64,000 bases of DNA from Anthoceros angustus (GCA_010909165.1 MU008184.1:372001-436000), one strand, 5' to 3'; shown: positions 37,460 to 52,310, counted from the first letter of the stretch. Made by a program: numbers and translations. Notes: a model not told the origin generated them from the sequence alone.

Positions 37460-38896
37460 ATGCAGCGTTGTGCAATGAAGATGCTCGATTGCAATGCGCT
37501 GGCCTGCCTGAAGCTGCTGCTGCTGCTGCTGCTCATGGTGGCGGAGTATTCGAATGTGTGCAGGGGAGCGGAAGTGTGGGTGACGTACGCGAATCAGACC
37601 CGGCTGCTCTCCTACGATGGCTCGCGCTACTTCACAGCCGATTCGGACGTGACGCCTGCGAGCATCCTGGTGAACGAGAGCAACACGTACCAATCCATGA
37701 CGGGCTTCGGGGCGGCGATCACGGATTCCGCAGCCTGGCTCATCAGCAATCTGCCGGCGGAGGAGCGCGGCGAGGTGATGCGGCGCCTGTTCGGGTACCA
37801 GGAGGGGGGCGCGGGGCTCAGCTTCGTGCGCATGCCGATAGGAGCGTCCGACATCTCCCGCTTCCAGTACACCTACGACGACGGGGACGCGGACCCCGAC
37901 CTCTCCCGGTTCTCCATCGAACACGACACGGGCTACATCCTCCCGGTGGCGAGGGACGCGCTGAGCATCAACGGCAACCTCAGGTTCATCGGCTCCGTCT
38001 GGAGCCCGCCGGCGTGGATGAAGGACAGCGGCTTCATCAACAACGGGTCCCTGATCCCGCAGTACGCCCCGGCGCTGGCAGGCTACTTCCGGAGGTTCGT
38101 GGAGTCGTACAACTACTACGGCGTGCCGATCTCCTTCGTGACGGTGCAGAACGAGCCTTTGTACGCTCCGAGTAACTACCCGGGGATGCTCTACACCCCG
38201 GACCAGGAGGTGGACTTCGCCGTGAACCATCTGGCGCCGAGCTTGAACGGGACGGGAGTAGGCATCCTGGCGTTCGACCACAACTGGTCGGACTTGAACG
38301 ACTTCGCTATCCCGACCATGGCGTCCGGTGTGGACTTCTTCGCCGGCAGCGCCTTCCACTGCTACGCCGGGGACGCCTCCGCCATGGGAGCCATGCACGA
38401 AGCCTTCCCGAACAAGGACATCTACCTCACCGAGTGCTCCGGGTTCTTGGACCAGGACGCCGACTTCGAGGCGTACCTGAAAGACAGGATCCCCAACCTG
38501 TTCATCAATAGCGTCAGCAACTGGGCCAAGACCGTGGTGCTGTGGAGCCTGGCGCTGGATCCAAACGGGCAGCCGCACACCGGCGGCTGCGCAGACTGTA
38601 GAGGCGTCGTCAGCATCGACCCGGACAGCGGAGTGGTCACCTACAATCCCGAGTTCTACGCTCTGGCGCACTTCGGCAGGTTTGTGTTGCCTGGTGCCCT
38701 GCGCATCGACTCTAGCAATTCCTTCGACGGCAACTTCATCTCCTCCGCCTTCATCAACAGCGATGGCCGCAAGGCCGTCGTTGTCTTCAACAATGGCAAC
38801 ACCGATGGCACCTTCAAGCTCATGTGGCGAGACCAAGCCATTTATTACGACCTCCCGGTGTCGGGGCTCGCTACTGTGTCCTGGGTGGACTCCTGA
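37460..38896 (+). CDS. Secreted glycoside hydrolase family 30, GH30_3-like endo-beta-1,6-glucanase, intronless
   Basis: Leu-rich signal peptide; YQSMTGFGAAITDS, RMPIGASD, WSPPAWMK, catalytic VQNEP and LTECSG, DHNW, AFHCY, WSLALD..G.PH.GGC..CRGVV, HFGRFV.PGA.RI. The start may be 37475. Confidence 0.93.
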   Translation: MQRCAMKMLDCNALACLKLLLLLLLMVAEYSNVCRGAEVWVTYANQTRLLSYDGSRYFTADSDVTPASILVNESNTYQSMTGFGAAITDSAAWLISNLPAEERGEVMRRLFGYQEGGAGLSFVRMPIGASDISRFQYTYDDGDADPDLSRFSIEHDTGYILPVARDALSINGNLRFIGSVWSPPAWMKDSGFINNGSLIPQYAPALAGYFRRFVESYNYYGVPISFVTVQNEPLYAPSNYPGMLYTPDQEVDFAVNHLAPSLNGTGVGILAFDHNWSDLNDFAIPTMASGVDFFAGSAFHCYAGDASAMGAMHEAFPNKDIYLTECSGFLDQDADFEAYLKDRIPNLFINSVSNWAKTVVLWSLALDPNGQPHTGGCADCRGVVSIDPDSGVVTYNPEFYALAHFGRFVLPGALRIDSSNSFDGNFISSAFINSDGRKAVVVFNNGNTDGTFKLMWRDQAIYYDLPVSGLATVSWVDS

Positions 38897-40179
38897 CGCG
38901 TTCACGACTTGAGAGCTCATCACGTCACTCGTCACTTCGCTTCAGGATGTGAATCGTTTTTCGAACTTGGGCCCACGTTATAGCTCATTTTTGAAGTGCA
39001 TCCATCTCTTCAGTTGTCTCAATAGGACAACATCCAAAGTCTTAAGGCAAGGCTATCTTTCCTTATAGCGGATTGATAAGACGTGATACATCGTTAATTA
39101 GGCACAGGCGGGCCTAGCAAGGTCATATGTAAGGCCGTCTCCCTTTATTTTCTTTTTACGATAAACGGGCTTTATATCGAAATACATACAGGGGGAATCG
39201 GTACAATGAAGTCCACCAGAGCATAACCGGGCAGAACAAGTAGGGCGGACCCCCATGCTGCAAAACAGACACCAAAGCACCGAAGCGAAAGAAACCAGTG
39301 CGAGGGCTCGAAAGAGCCTCCTCAGGGGGAGGAGGCTGGAGGCCGTGTTCCTTCATTGCAACTCTGGCAGCTCCAATTTGTCATTTATTTATTGACTAGT
39401 TTGCTAGAGCAGCGTTAGAAGTAGCTTGGGCTGGCTACCTTGTAGGGTATGGAGAACTTGCTGAAGGACTCAGGTGCTCAGGCTTAGGTGAGGGGGTCGA
39501 TCACAAGAATTTCCTCGCTTCAGTGACACAAGGGATGTGGGCATTATGCCCTCCATTTGGTAGGCTATCCAGGACGGGGCAGGGACTCATACATGCATGA
39601 GGTTCCACAAAGTTAGACAGTCAGCGCACTTCCAGAAGGGGTTCCAGTAGAGCCAGTTACACACACATCCAACATGTGAAAACTTCTCCAGGAGCCCGCA
39701 GGTCAGCCTCGTGAGGACAAAGCCACACTGTCAGGACAGGAGGCTCAAGCCTCCTGAAATGAAAGGACGATAATCTCCAAGGAAATGTGCTTGCCAACTT
39801 TGCTATTCAGTTCTAGTGTCGATTACAGTTGGGCCCTCCTTCTATAGGACCACACTGACAAAATATCAAGCCTACCATACGCACAACAACCTTTGTCTAG
39901 GTCATGGAAATACAAGAACCTCAGCGACCCCCCAAGTGAAGGGATATCAGGGATTTTTTCCTTGTCAGGAGAGTATCCCCATCCCCGTCCTCACCTCTCC
40001 CCCTCCTTCACCCACATGACAGTTGGCAGACTAAGGTGAAACCATGTCGCGGTCTTGAAATTCCTCAAAAAATAAATACCGAGTCCAATAAAGCCCTCAC
40101 GATAAAAAGAAAAAAATAAAGTCTCGAACTGAAAACATGCGTCCCGCCCGGTCGCCCACTTCTCGATTCATGCTCCGAT

Positions 40180-42992
<2,813 letters not shown>

Positions 42993-43789
42993 GCCAGCCT
43001 CACAGCTTACACAGAGAGACCACCACAAGTACGACATGGCCAGCAAAAGCAAAAGCAGCAGCAGCAGCTAGCACCTTCTATCAACCACAAATCAAGAGGC
43101 GAAGCTGAATCTAAAAACTGCCACCAGAAGCCGGCAACTACATCACTGGGCAGGCCTGCCTCGGCCTGGCTGAGCCCACTTCAAGAAAAGGGAACCCAAC
43201 GATCCGGGCCAGGATCTGGGCGGGGGAGGAGTGCCCAACTCCGCTTCCCGGATTCGCCATCGCGAGAACAACCGGAAGCAAAGCAAACCTGGATGCTGCT
43301 CAGGAATCTGCCAGCGGGGAGGAACGGGCTTGCGGTCAAAGAGAAGGGCCCTCTAGCCATAGCGGTAGCCAATGCTGAGGCCGCTCCGTTCTGTAGGCAA
43401 AACTGCTTGCGCTGGGCTGGGATGTGCATTTGCATTTGCATTTGCATACAATCGCACGCAATTCAGAGGCAGAAATCGTTGCGAACGAATTCAAACCAGC
43501 TACAGAAGCAACGCAAGAGCTGCTGAAAATGCACCAACCCCGTGCAACGCCGGCAAACGCCGGCCAATTCCTCCGAGTGATCCAGTGATGGGGAAGCCAA
43601 CCCAGCGACAAGAAGAGTACTACACCACAGTCCATCTGACCACCGTTCACGTTCAAGCTGTTAGGTGGACTTTACAGTATTCTAATAACTCATGTTGCCT
43701 TCTCATGCAGTCCAGATTCAGAGCATACCACGTTCGATGTTTACTTTCACGGAGCTCGGGCTCCGTGTTGGTGCAGCCTACATGGTATC

Positions 43790-43897
43790 CTCACCTACAA
43801 TCCCCGAGTTCTACGCTCTGGCGCACTTCGCCAGGTTCTTGTTGCCTGGTGCTATGCGCATCGACTCCAACATCTCCATCGACGGCAACTTCATCAT
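43790..43897 (+). pseudogene. 3' fragment of the GH30 gene at a tandem-duplication junction
   Basis: TCACCTACAATCCCCGAGTTCTACGCTCTGGCGCACTTCG...GACGGCAACTTCATC matches 38637-38740. Confidence 0.9.
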
Positions 43898-44164
43898 TTA
43901 TACATGAATCGTTTCTCATTTGGACCCATTTCGTACTCATTTCTATCTCTATCTCTATCTTTCGTGGAAGGTACAAAATCCCTCAAAATGGAGACTTCGT
44001 TTTTATCTCTATGGTTCGTGGTAGGTACAACATCCTTCTATACGAAGACTTTATAAATATGCAATGATGGGAATCTCACCTACACCAAGGGGGTTGGGAA
44101 TAGGGCACAAGAGGGCCAAGAGGAATTAAGATACTCAATCCATACTAAGACATCCCCTAGTGGC

Positions 44165-44460
44165 ATAACACATCAGCTTCTCGCTGGCAAACCATCACAG
44201 ACATCAGCTTCTCACTGACAAATCATCACAAACTTGTTGGCAGACCATCAAAAACATCAGCTTCTCGCTGGCAGACCATCATAGACATCATCTTCTCACT
44301 GACAAATCATCACCAACTTGCTGCCAGACCATCACAGACATCAGCTTCTCGCTGGTAGATCATCACAAACATCAGCTTCTGGCCGGCAAATTATCGCAGA
44401 CATGAGTTTCTCGCCCGCAAGTAACATAGTCAGTAGCGAGAAAGACATCAGTTTCTCAAT
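44165..44460. repeat. ~31-bp imperfect tandem repeat (CAGACATCAGCTTCTCGCTGGCAGACCATCA)
   Basis: About 8 degenerate units are visible. Confidence 0.85.
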
Positions 44461-44789
44461 CCATAAGTTTCAAAAAAGTGTTAGAAACACCTCGACACAA
44501 TCTACACGTAAAAAAAATCAAGAATCTTCCTCCAACACAAGAACTTGTTGCACATCATCACACTTTCTTATCATCGTCGTTCTTAAACCACCTAAGTATT
44601 AAAAAAAAAAGGACATACATACCGCACTGTGCAGACGTTTGAGGTATACAATTAAGCTTGATACGAAGAAACCCGCAAGGATACGCACAATAGTACCCTA
44701 TCTCAAGAACAAGCCTCCACCAAAGGTACGCTTTTGAAGTTTAACACACATCTAGTAATACACATGTGCTTAGGTGCTTAGGTGCTTAG

Positions 44790-45092
44790 GGCTCTGATAC
44801 CATATAAACAAAGGCAGAAAAAAGTATACTGTATTATACAAGAGAACAAACAAGTGACAACGACAAAATCCTTGTAGCTCATATATACTAAAGCCACTAG
44901 AGTTACATATAATAGTTTCTATTTATTGGATATAGTAATTTCTATTTCTTCTAACATCCTCACCTTGTAAAGCCCATGTAGCTCATACATACTAGAGCAA
45001 CTAGAGTTACAAATAGTAGTTTCTACTTTTTTGAAATAGTAATTTATTTTTTTTTGAAATAGTAATTTATATTTTTTCTAACATCCTCACCC
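44790..45092 (-). mobile_element. Short LTR (~150 bp, 44803-44956) with tRNA-iMet PBS, preceded by a PPT and a second partial LTR+PPT
   Basis: GGCTCTGATACCA at 44790-44802 is the reverse complement of PBS TGGTATCAGAGCC. On the minus strand GGTGAGGA-TGTTAG occurs twice (LTR starts at 44956 and 45083). Confidence 0.7.
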
Positions 45093-45239
45093 TGTAATGC
45101 TAGTCATAATTCAGTGACTAGCTAGCATTTTGTTTTAGAGAATTCGGAGTCTCGTATTGGGAATTTAATCTGGAGTTACCCTGTAGGACACTAACAACTA
45201 GCAGCACCGCACATTACGGAGGGAGACGACGATATGATT

Positions 45240-46400
45240 TATAACATTTATAACAGATTTATAACATGTGGCCCCATAGGGCCATGGAGCTGGGGAATGG
45301 GTGGCACCCTATTTGAATACTGATCCGTCACAAGTAATGATCTGTCATAAGAACGCTTGACTGTGGAGTTCCAATGAACCCATGTTGGATGTCACTTCTT
45401 GAAGGGAGGACGACTTGCTAGCATTTTCTCTCAGAAGATGAAAAAGGGGGGAAGATTTTGAGAGGTAATTAAAAACCTTAGTGGCTATAAAACCCAGTCG
45501 AAAAACCAGCCAAAAGGGAAAAACCATACTTGTGAATCTTGGTATTTAATGCCCTCCTCTTACTGGATGCGCGCCAACGATCAAATATTTAAGACGGACT
45601 TGAATCGTTGAAAGGTAGATTCAGGAAGAGCCTTGGTAAGACCGTCAACCACCATCTCTTTAGTACTGGTGTAATGAAGAAGTATTGACCCGATGCTACA
45701 AGCTGAAATAATGATATTGAACAAGAATATGCTTGGTCCTTGTATGAAGGATCAGGTTGTGAGCTAACTTGATAGTGCTGTCATCGTTGCAATTATTGAT
45801 CGTGCCACCTTCTTAAGAATGACCCAATTCTGCCAAAAACCGCCTGCACCATATTGCTTCTGTTGCAACATTTGTGAAAGAAACACACTCTGCCATTGTG
45901 AATGACAATGGGACAATGGGCTGCAACTTAGAGGACCAATTGATTGTCCCATCACAGAGGGTGTAGACATAAGCGGCAGTCGACCGCTTGGTGTGATTAT
46001 CACAGTCCTGCCAAGTTAGCATCAGAAGAACCAACGAGTTGAGCATCAGAATAGACAGCATCACCAAAGCGTTGAGCATCAGAATAGACAGCATCACCAA
46101 AGCATAAGCCATGATCACTGATCCACCTAAGTATCGAAGGATCCGCTTAACCTTATGCTAGTGATCTTGTTATTGGGTCTAGTCGCAACCATGGCATACA
46201 TCAATTTGCCAACCGCTTGTTGGTACATGTAATTGACTTTCCAGGAAGCAGCTCTAGACTTAGGAGGTGTCATAGGTGTATTAACTAGTCGAGAGGCCTT
46301 CATTTTGAACTTGTGAAGAAGGCCTTCAATATACTTGTGCTAATTAAGCCACAATAGACGATGCGACTTGTCTCTAATAACCTGCATACCTTAGCCCTAC
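45240..46400 (-). mobile_element. Degenerate Copia RT/RNase H with PPT and LTR remnant
   Basis: GMQVIRDK....LWLN*HKYIE.LL.KF.M, KRSTAAYVYTLCDGTINWSSKLQPIV.LS...AE, TKHILVQYHY. PPT-like AGAGGAGGG near 45560. Confidence 0.8.
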
Positions 46401-47794
46401 GATTGTCTACCCTCAAGCTACCTATCGCTCCCAAGATATTATAATACATAAGATGTCTACCCTGAAGCCACATACCACCCCAAGGTGTTATAATACGCAA
46501 GATGTCTATCGATGTCTATCGTTCTTGCATAAGTCAAACGACAATATTCATTTCTATATATTTTAAATATTTTTATATAAATAATCTCATCATATTAGAG
46601 GAGGATCATATAAAGCCTTTAGAATCATTGATTTATATGACGTGCTATGCTTCACTAGAATGAATTATTATATTATTCATAATTTATAAATTTTAAATTT
46701 TATATGACTACCAAGTGAATCACATGTTAAAACGAGGAAGAGGTGTGGTATTCCCTAACGCATATAGGTAGTGGGTATATTGTATCTTGATACCAAGTGG
46801 TGGTTCATATTATCATATAGGATTCGTCTATTGGTTGACAATGAAAATTGGATTTATTCCCTAAGGCAAGTAGGGTAGAACCAAATGCTCCAATACAAAT
46901 ACCAAAGCGAAAAAAACCAAAGCAAGGGCACGAAACAGCTCCTTAAAAGAAGAGCAAATTGCGCAGATCACCAGTCATGGGGTTCATTTCATGCGTATGG
47001 GGACCGGCTTGAAAACCTCTTCAAAATGAATCCTTTTCAATGAACCAAACCAAATTAAACTATCTTGATGCATAGTGCTAACTACAACTAATATAAATTT
47101 GATGCTCTTATAGCAAAAGTTAATCCTTACTCCATATGAAATGACTCCACGTAGTATGCCTTTTGTTTCTCAAGTAGTTTATGAGTTTCTTAGAAGATTC
47201 TTTTGCATTTCCATCGGAGTATTTTTGTAATATAGAGGACGAGAGCCACGTGCACCGGCGGCCCAACGTCTCTCCGGAGGCAGCAGGAGCAAGCACCATA
47301 GGGAGGCGAGACGTGAGGCGTGTGAGTGCGGAATGTTTAGCAGAGAGCACTCCCATCACGATGACGGATGGATGGACCAAGAAGAATAAGGAAAAGCGAG
47401 GGACGCAAGCATTGGACCCGCGATAACACAACCTCGCAGCCCGGCCATAGCCTAGCCACCGGGATCGAGAGCGGGACCGCCTGGACATCTTGTCCTGCGG
47501 TGAATGTAGAGGAGGCAATATTTTCAAAAATATTCCCATTTTACGTGTCCTCGCTTATATCGCAGGCCCCGCCTCCGCCTAGGATGGTTGGTTAGGGGTA
47601 ACACCGGTCAAACCCGCCCACACCGCCCCGCTTCGCTAACTTAAGCAACAACCAATGCCATTACTTTACCTAGGTACTCTTTTCGGTTTCCATATTATGC
47701 CATATAATCCATCGAATTACCCCACAACCAAGGGCTTCGCTTACATACGGGACATAACACAATTAATGCCGTCTTGTATAGATGTCTAACTGAG

Positions 47795-47978
47795 GGGGTG
47801 CTGGTACAATTGGTTAGAGCATAGGATATCATTGTCGATGTTCTATAGCTCTCACGTTATTAAGTACCAAGTCCTATGACAGAAATTCCGTCCTTAGTGG
47901 ACTTAAATAAAATTCTTCTTCTTCTTCTCATAGCCTAGAAAAATTATTAGGCTGAGAGTTCGAGCCTCTGCTAGAACA
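47795..47978 (+). pseudogene. Elongator tRNA-Met(CAT) pseudogene interrupted at the anticodon by a ~95-bp insertion
   Basis: 5' half GGGGTGCTGGTACAATTGGTTAGAGCATAGGATATCAT and 3' half CTCATAGC...AGGCTGAGAGTTCGAGCCTCT resemble the remembered plant intron-containing tRNA-Met (GGGGTGGTGGCGCAGTTGGCTAGCGCGTAGGTCTCATAGC...AGGTCGAGAGTTCGAGCCTCT). Confidence 0.65.
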
Positions 47979-49214
47979 CGTAAGATTCTATCCGATCTGC
48001 CCAGTGGTTTTGGTAGATGAAGTAGCGAGATAGTAGGAAGTGGGAAAGTAAGATAAGAGGAATCAGTTCCCACCCCATGCTTTACTCATTGGGATCTTTC
48101 ATTTTTAAAGTCCAAGAGAGTGGAAGAAATTTCATATAGAGTTGGGCAATTCCAAAAATAAAAATGAGATGATTTATTGAGGTGAAAGAACGATGGAAAG
48201 AGACCATCTAGGAAGGGACAACAAATGGGGATCCCGGGGTCGGAGTGAAGAGGAGCAACTGAGCTCCCTACCTAAAGTGACCAAGCGCACCCACAATGTC
48301 ATATGCGGTAGAATAAACGGCCCGCAAACCATAGAGGAAGAGGAAAGGCATCACCCACCGCCGCCGCCTTTATGGAGAATCGCTGAGAGCGCCTGCTGAA
48401 GAGCAATAGAAACCCCGGAAGTATGTTGTGAAGTACGAGAGGGACAACAAGACTATGCTCGCGCATGGTAAGCTTTGGCACAAGACTTGATGAATTTGTC
48501 AAAGTCCTCGACCATTGCCCCATACGCTTCTAGAGCAAGCGGATAAAGAGGTGGCCCGCTTGCATCCTCGCTATACTTGCGGACCTTGAGAGTCAGACGG
48601 CAACACCCGGCTGGGCGGTTGGTGATGACCTGAGCGGAGGTGGCGTCACGTGCAGGGTCAGTAACCACTACATCCGCCACCACAACCTGGTCGCCACGGA
48701 CAAGGTATAAGTCCGCCCTGATTGAACGACCTGTAAGAAGAGTATACTCCCGCTCCCTCCAGGCCATATAGCCACTTTCGCGAGCAATGGCAAACATGAC
48801 GTCACGGATGGCGTCGTGAGTGGCAATGCGATGACCCCCGTGGGGACAACGAGCAAGGTGGACACCAGAGACGTCAAGAGCAGAGCCGCACTCACAAGTG
48901 AGGAGCGAAGAAGCCACAGTCGGAGTAGGCCGAGACGGAATCGCATCGCGATGGTGAAGGTGGTTGGTGAGATGTGAAATCCCGTATGCATGGGCGGGCC
49001 AAGAGCTGCCACCCGCCTCCTTCCTGCAACAAGAGCGGAGCCGCGCCTAGTGGACCTGGAGATGGAGGGGTCCCGAGGATGATCAAAAGCTCGGCCGAGC
49101 CGCTTCTCGAGCGTAGATGCCTCGCAATCCCTAAAGCCATCGTGATAAATGTAGAGAAAGGAGGAAGTCCTTCCGAGCATCCGCCGATAACATGTCTCGG
49201 CACGCCTCAAGGCG

Positions 49215-51200
49215 ATTGGAGAGAGAAGGTTCCCTCCTCCACACTTGATACGAGATCCTCGAGAAAGGGCTTGTCATGGAGAATGAAACGGAAGACAAGG
49301 CGAGGCGGAGGCCCAACTCCCCAAGAAAGCCGGGAAGAGACCTCCATGAGACCACCCCACGCCTCCAAATTGCACAGTGGATGCTTGCAGGCCAGACGCC
49401 CCTGTGGCACTCAAAAGCCCCGAGCCCGTGGATGTCCCCAAGAGTATCCATAATCAGATCAAACCCCGGGCCGGACAAAGAGCCACCGCAGTGCAGAGAA
49501 AAGAGCTGAAAGCCGCTAGATAGATCTTGAGGAGAAAGAGGTCCCTAAGGTGTTCGAACACCATTCCCGACAAACCGCGATGAAAGACGAGGGTTGTGGA
49601 GAGAGCGAGCAAAAGCCGCCCGGTCCAGTGGAGAAGGGATCCTCGGGACATAGTCGGATATGTCGGGAATGGCATCCTTAGGTGGCGGATGGAGGCACGG
49701 AGGCGCAATTGTCTCTTGAGCGGAGGCCGAGGGACGGGTCGAAGAGCCCTAGCGGCATATTCACCCGCTGGCCAAGCAACTTGCGGCGTAGGTTTGTTGC
49801 ATTACATGTTCAAGCTGGCGGCGATTCCGGGACTTGGCGGCCTGACCTCCTCTGAAGAGCCGCCCGATCGCCCGGCCCGCCTCAAGGACGATTGAGAGAG
49901 AAGGTTCCCTCCTCCACACTTGATACGAGATCCTCGAGAAAGGGCTTGTCATGGAGGATGAAACGGAAGCCAAGGCAAGTAGAGGGCCCAACTCCCCAAG
50001 AAAGCCGCCGGGGAAGAGACCTCCGATGAGACCCCACGCCTCCAAATTGCACAGTGGATGCTTGCTGGCCAGACGCCCCTGTGGCACTCAAAAGCCCCGA
50101 GCCTGGATGTCCCCAAGAGTATCCATAATCAGATCAAACCCCGGGCCGGACAAAGAGCCACCGCAGTGCAGAGAAAAGAGCTGAAAGCCGCTAGATAGAT
50201 CTTGAGGAGAAAGAGGTCCCTAAGGTGTTCGAACACCATTCCCGACAAACCGCGATGAAAGACGAGGGTTGTGGAGAGAGCGAGCAAAAGCCGCCCGGTC
50301 CAGTGGAGAAGGGATCCTCGGGACATAGTCGGATATGTCGGGAATGGCATCCTTAGGTGGCGGATGGAGGCACGGAGGCGCAATTGTCTCTTGAGCGGAG
50401 GCCGAGGGACGGGTCGAAGAGCCCTAGCGGCATATTCACCCGCTGGCCAAGCAACTTGCGGCGTAGGTTTGTTGCATTACATGTTCAAGCTGGCGGCGAT
50501 TCCGCCCGGACTTGGCGGCCTGACCTCCTCTGAAGAGCCGCCCGATCGCCCGGCCCGCCTCAAGGACGATTGAGAGAGAAGGTTCCCTCCTCCACACTTG
50601 ATACGAGATCCTCGAGAAAGGGCTTGTCATGGAGGATGAAACGGAAGCCAAGGCAAGTAGAGGGCCCAACTCCCAAGAAAGCCGCCGGGAAGAGACCTCC
50701 GATGAGACCCCACGCCTCCAAATTGCACAGTGGATGCTTGCTGGCCAGACGCCCCTGTGGCACTCAAAAGCCCCGAGCCTGGATGTCCCCAAGAGTATCC
50801 ATAATCAGATCAAACCCCGGGCCGGACAAAGAGCCACCGCAGTGCAGAGAAAAGAGCTCGGAAAGCCGCTAGATAGATCTTCGGGAGAAAGAGGTCCCTA
50901 AGGTGTTCGAACACCATTCCCGACAAACCGCATGAAAGACGAGGGTTGTGGAGAGAGCTGAGCAAAAGCCGCCTGTCCAGTGGAGAAGGGATCCTCCGGG
51001 ACATAGTCGGATATGTCCGGGAATGGCATCCTTAGGTGGCGGATGGAGGCACGGAGGGCAATTGTCTCTTCAAGCGGAGGCCAGGGACGGGTCAAGAGCC
51101 CTAGCAGCGGCATATTCACCCGCTGCCAAGCAACTTGCGGCGAGGTTTGTTGCATTACCCGCACTGCTCCAACCGAGATTCCGCCCGGACTTGGCAAAGA
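49215..51200. repeat. Tandem triplication of a ~675-bp internal segment of the CRE-like element
   Basis: GAGAGAAGGTTCCCTCCTCCACACTTGATACGAG recurs at ~49220, ~49895 and ~50573, and identical ORFs recur 675 bp apart. Confidence 0.95.
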
Positions 51201-52044
51201 CGCACGCCTCCTCCTCAAGAGCCGCCCCACCAAACGTCAAGACGGCTAGCAACTTCACGGTGCCCAGAAGCCCCCCCCCTAGTGCACCGAAGACACCATC
51301 GGGGGAGAAGAAGGAGGAGACACCAAGCTAACTCACCCCGGGGATCGAGTGCAAGGCGATCTAGGGGAAGACGAAATGCCATACGAGCATCATCGTGAAG
51401 GTGCCGAGGAAGCCTGCGGAAGATGTGCGGACATGGAAAACGGGTTTCGAACATCCCAAGGATGTGATCCAGCTGACTCCGCAACCATTCCCAGGAAGAA
51501 AGAGGCACCACAAGGAGAAAGCTACCGGCGCCAAAGCCGGGCAATGGACGTGGAGGAGGTCGCAGGCACTTGGGCAGCCTGTAGTCCGGTCGAAATCTTT
51601 ATGCATGTGCCGAGGTGAGTTTTCACCCCTTGACGCCGCAGAGAGTTGAGCATGATCGACAAGGAGTGTCCTCGACAACACGGAGGGTGTGGATCGCCCC
51701 ATTGGATGGGGACGAAAAGGGCCTGCAAGCGCGCTTGAAGGGTAACAGGTCAAGAGGTACCGGGACCGAGGGCAAATGACCCCACTGACCGGACATACAG
51801 AGTTTGAGTCTGTATGGCGAACCCCAAAAGGCCGCCAAAGGGCCCACCAAGAGGGGTGCAACCCATGTGACCACCGCCAACCACCAAACTAACGCCCACA
51901 CCAGAACTCAAGACTAAAAGCCGGGGAGATCCTCAGAGAAAGAAGCCCAACCGAAAAGATAAGCAAAGAATCAGATGAAAATGGACTCACGAACATGTAA
52001 TAGAGCTCACAACAATCACACAATCAACCGAACCATCAATCAAT

Positions 52045-52310
52045 CGCAAACATCTAGGGCCTAGCAACGGCCGCAACACCTAGGGCATAGCACTCAGTCG
52101 CAACATCTAGGGCCTAGCATTCAGCCGCAACACCTAGGGCATAACACTCAATCGCAACATCTAGGGCATAACACTGAACCGCAACATCTAGGGCCCAGGA
52201 TCAACCGCTACACCTAGGGCATAACACTCAGCCGCAACATCTAGGGCCTAGCATTCAAACGCAACACCTATGGCATAAAACTCAGCCGTAACATCTAGGG
52301 CCTAGCCTTC
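52045..52310. repeat. 27-bp tandem repeat x10 (CGCAACAYCTAGGGC + semi-variable 12 bp)
   Basis: Directly visible, at the presumed 5' end of the CRE-like element. Confidence 0.93.

Larger units (their letters stand above)
48300..52310 (-). mobile_element. CRE-like (restriction-like endonuclease) non-LTR retrotransposon derivative with no visible RT core
   Basis: CECG..D..G.HLARC..GG.RI..HDAIRD (CCHC), R.D...V.ADV.VT endonuclease motif, LYPLALEAYG, VSIALQ, RFRLG, QAS...FGGVG, LLLLPRWCLR..RGG. No YLDD/QGDPL motifs were found. The ends are approximate. Confidence 0.8.

Noticed and set aside
37361-38935. 524-aa antisense ORF over GH30 (similar long shadows at 32174-33319, 30210-31004 and 12308-13159)
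   Set aside because: Expected shadow frames of GC-rich coding sequence, with no recognisable motifs.
39100-40120. Two A-rich tails resembling LINE 3' ends between GH30 and GH1
   Set aside because: No ORF or TSD evidence; too degraded to call.
52045-52310. CRISPR-like look (constant core plus variable part)
   Set aside because: The variable parts are only ~12 bp and related to each other. The context is eukaryotic with no cas genes, so it is a minisatellite.
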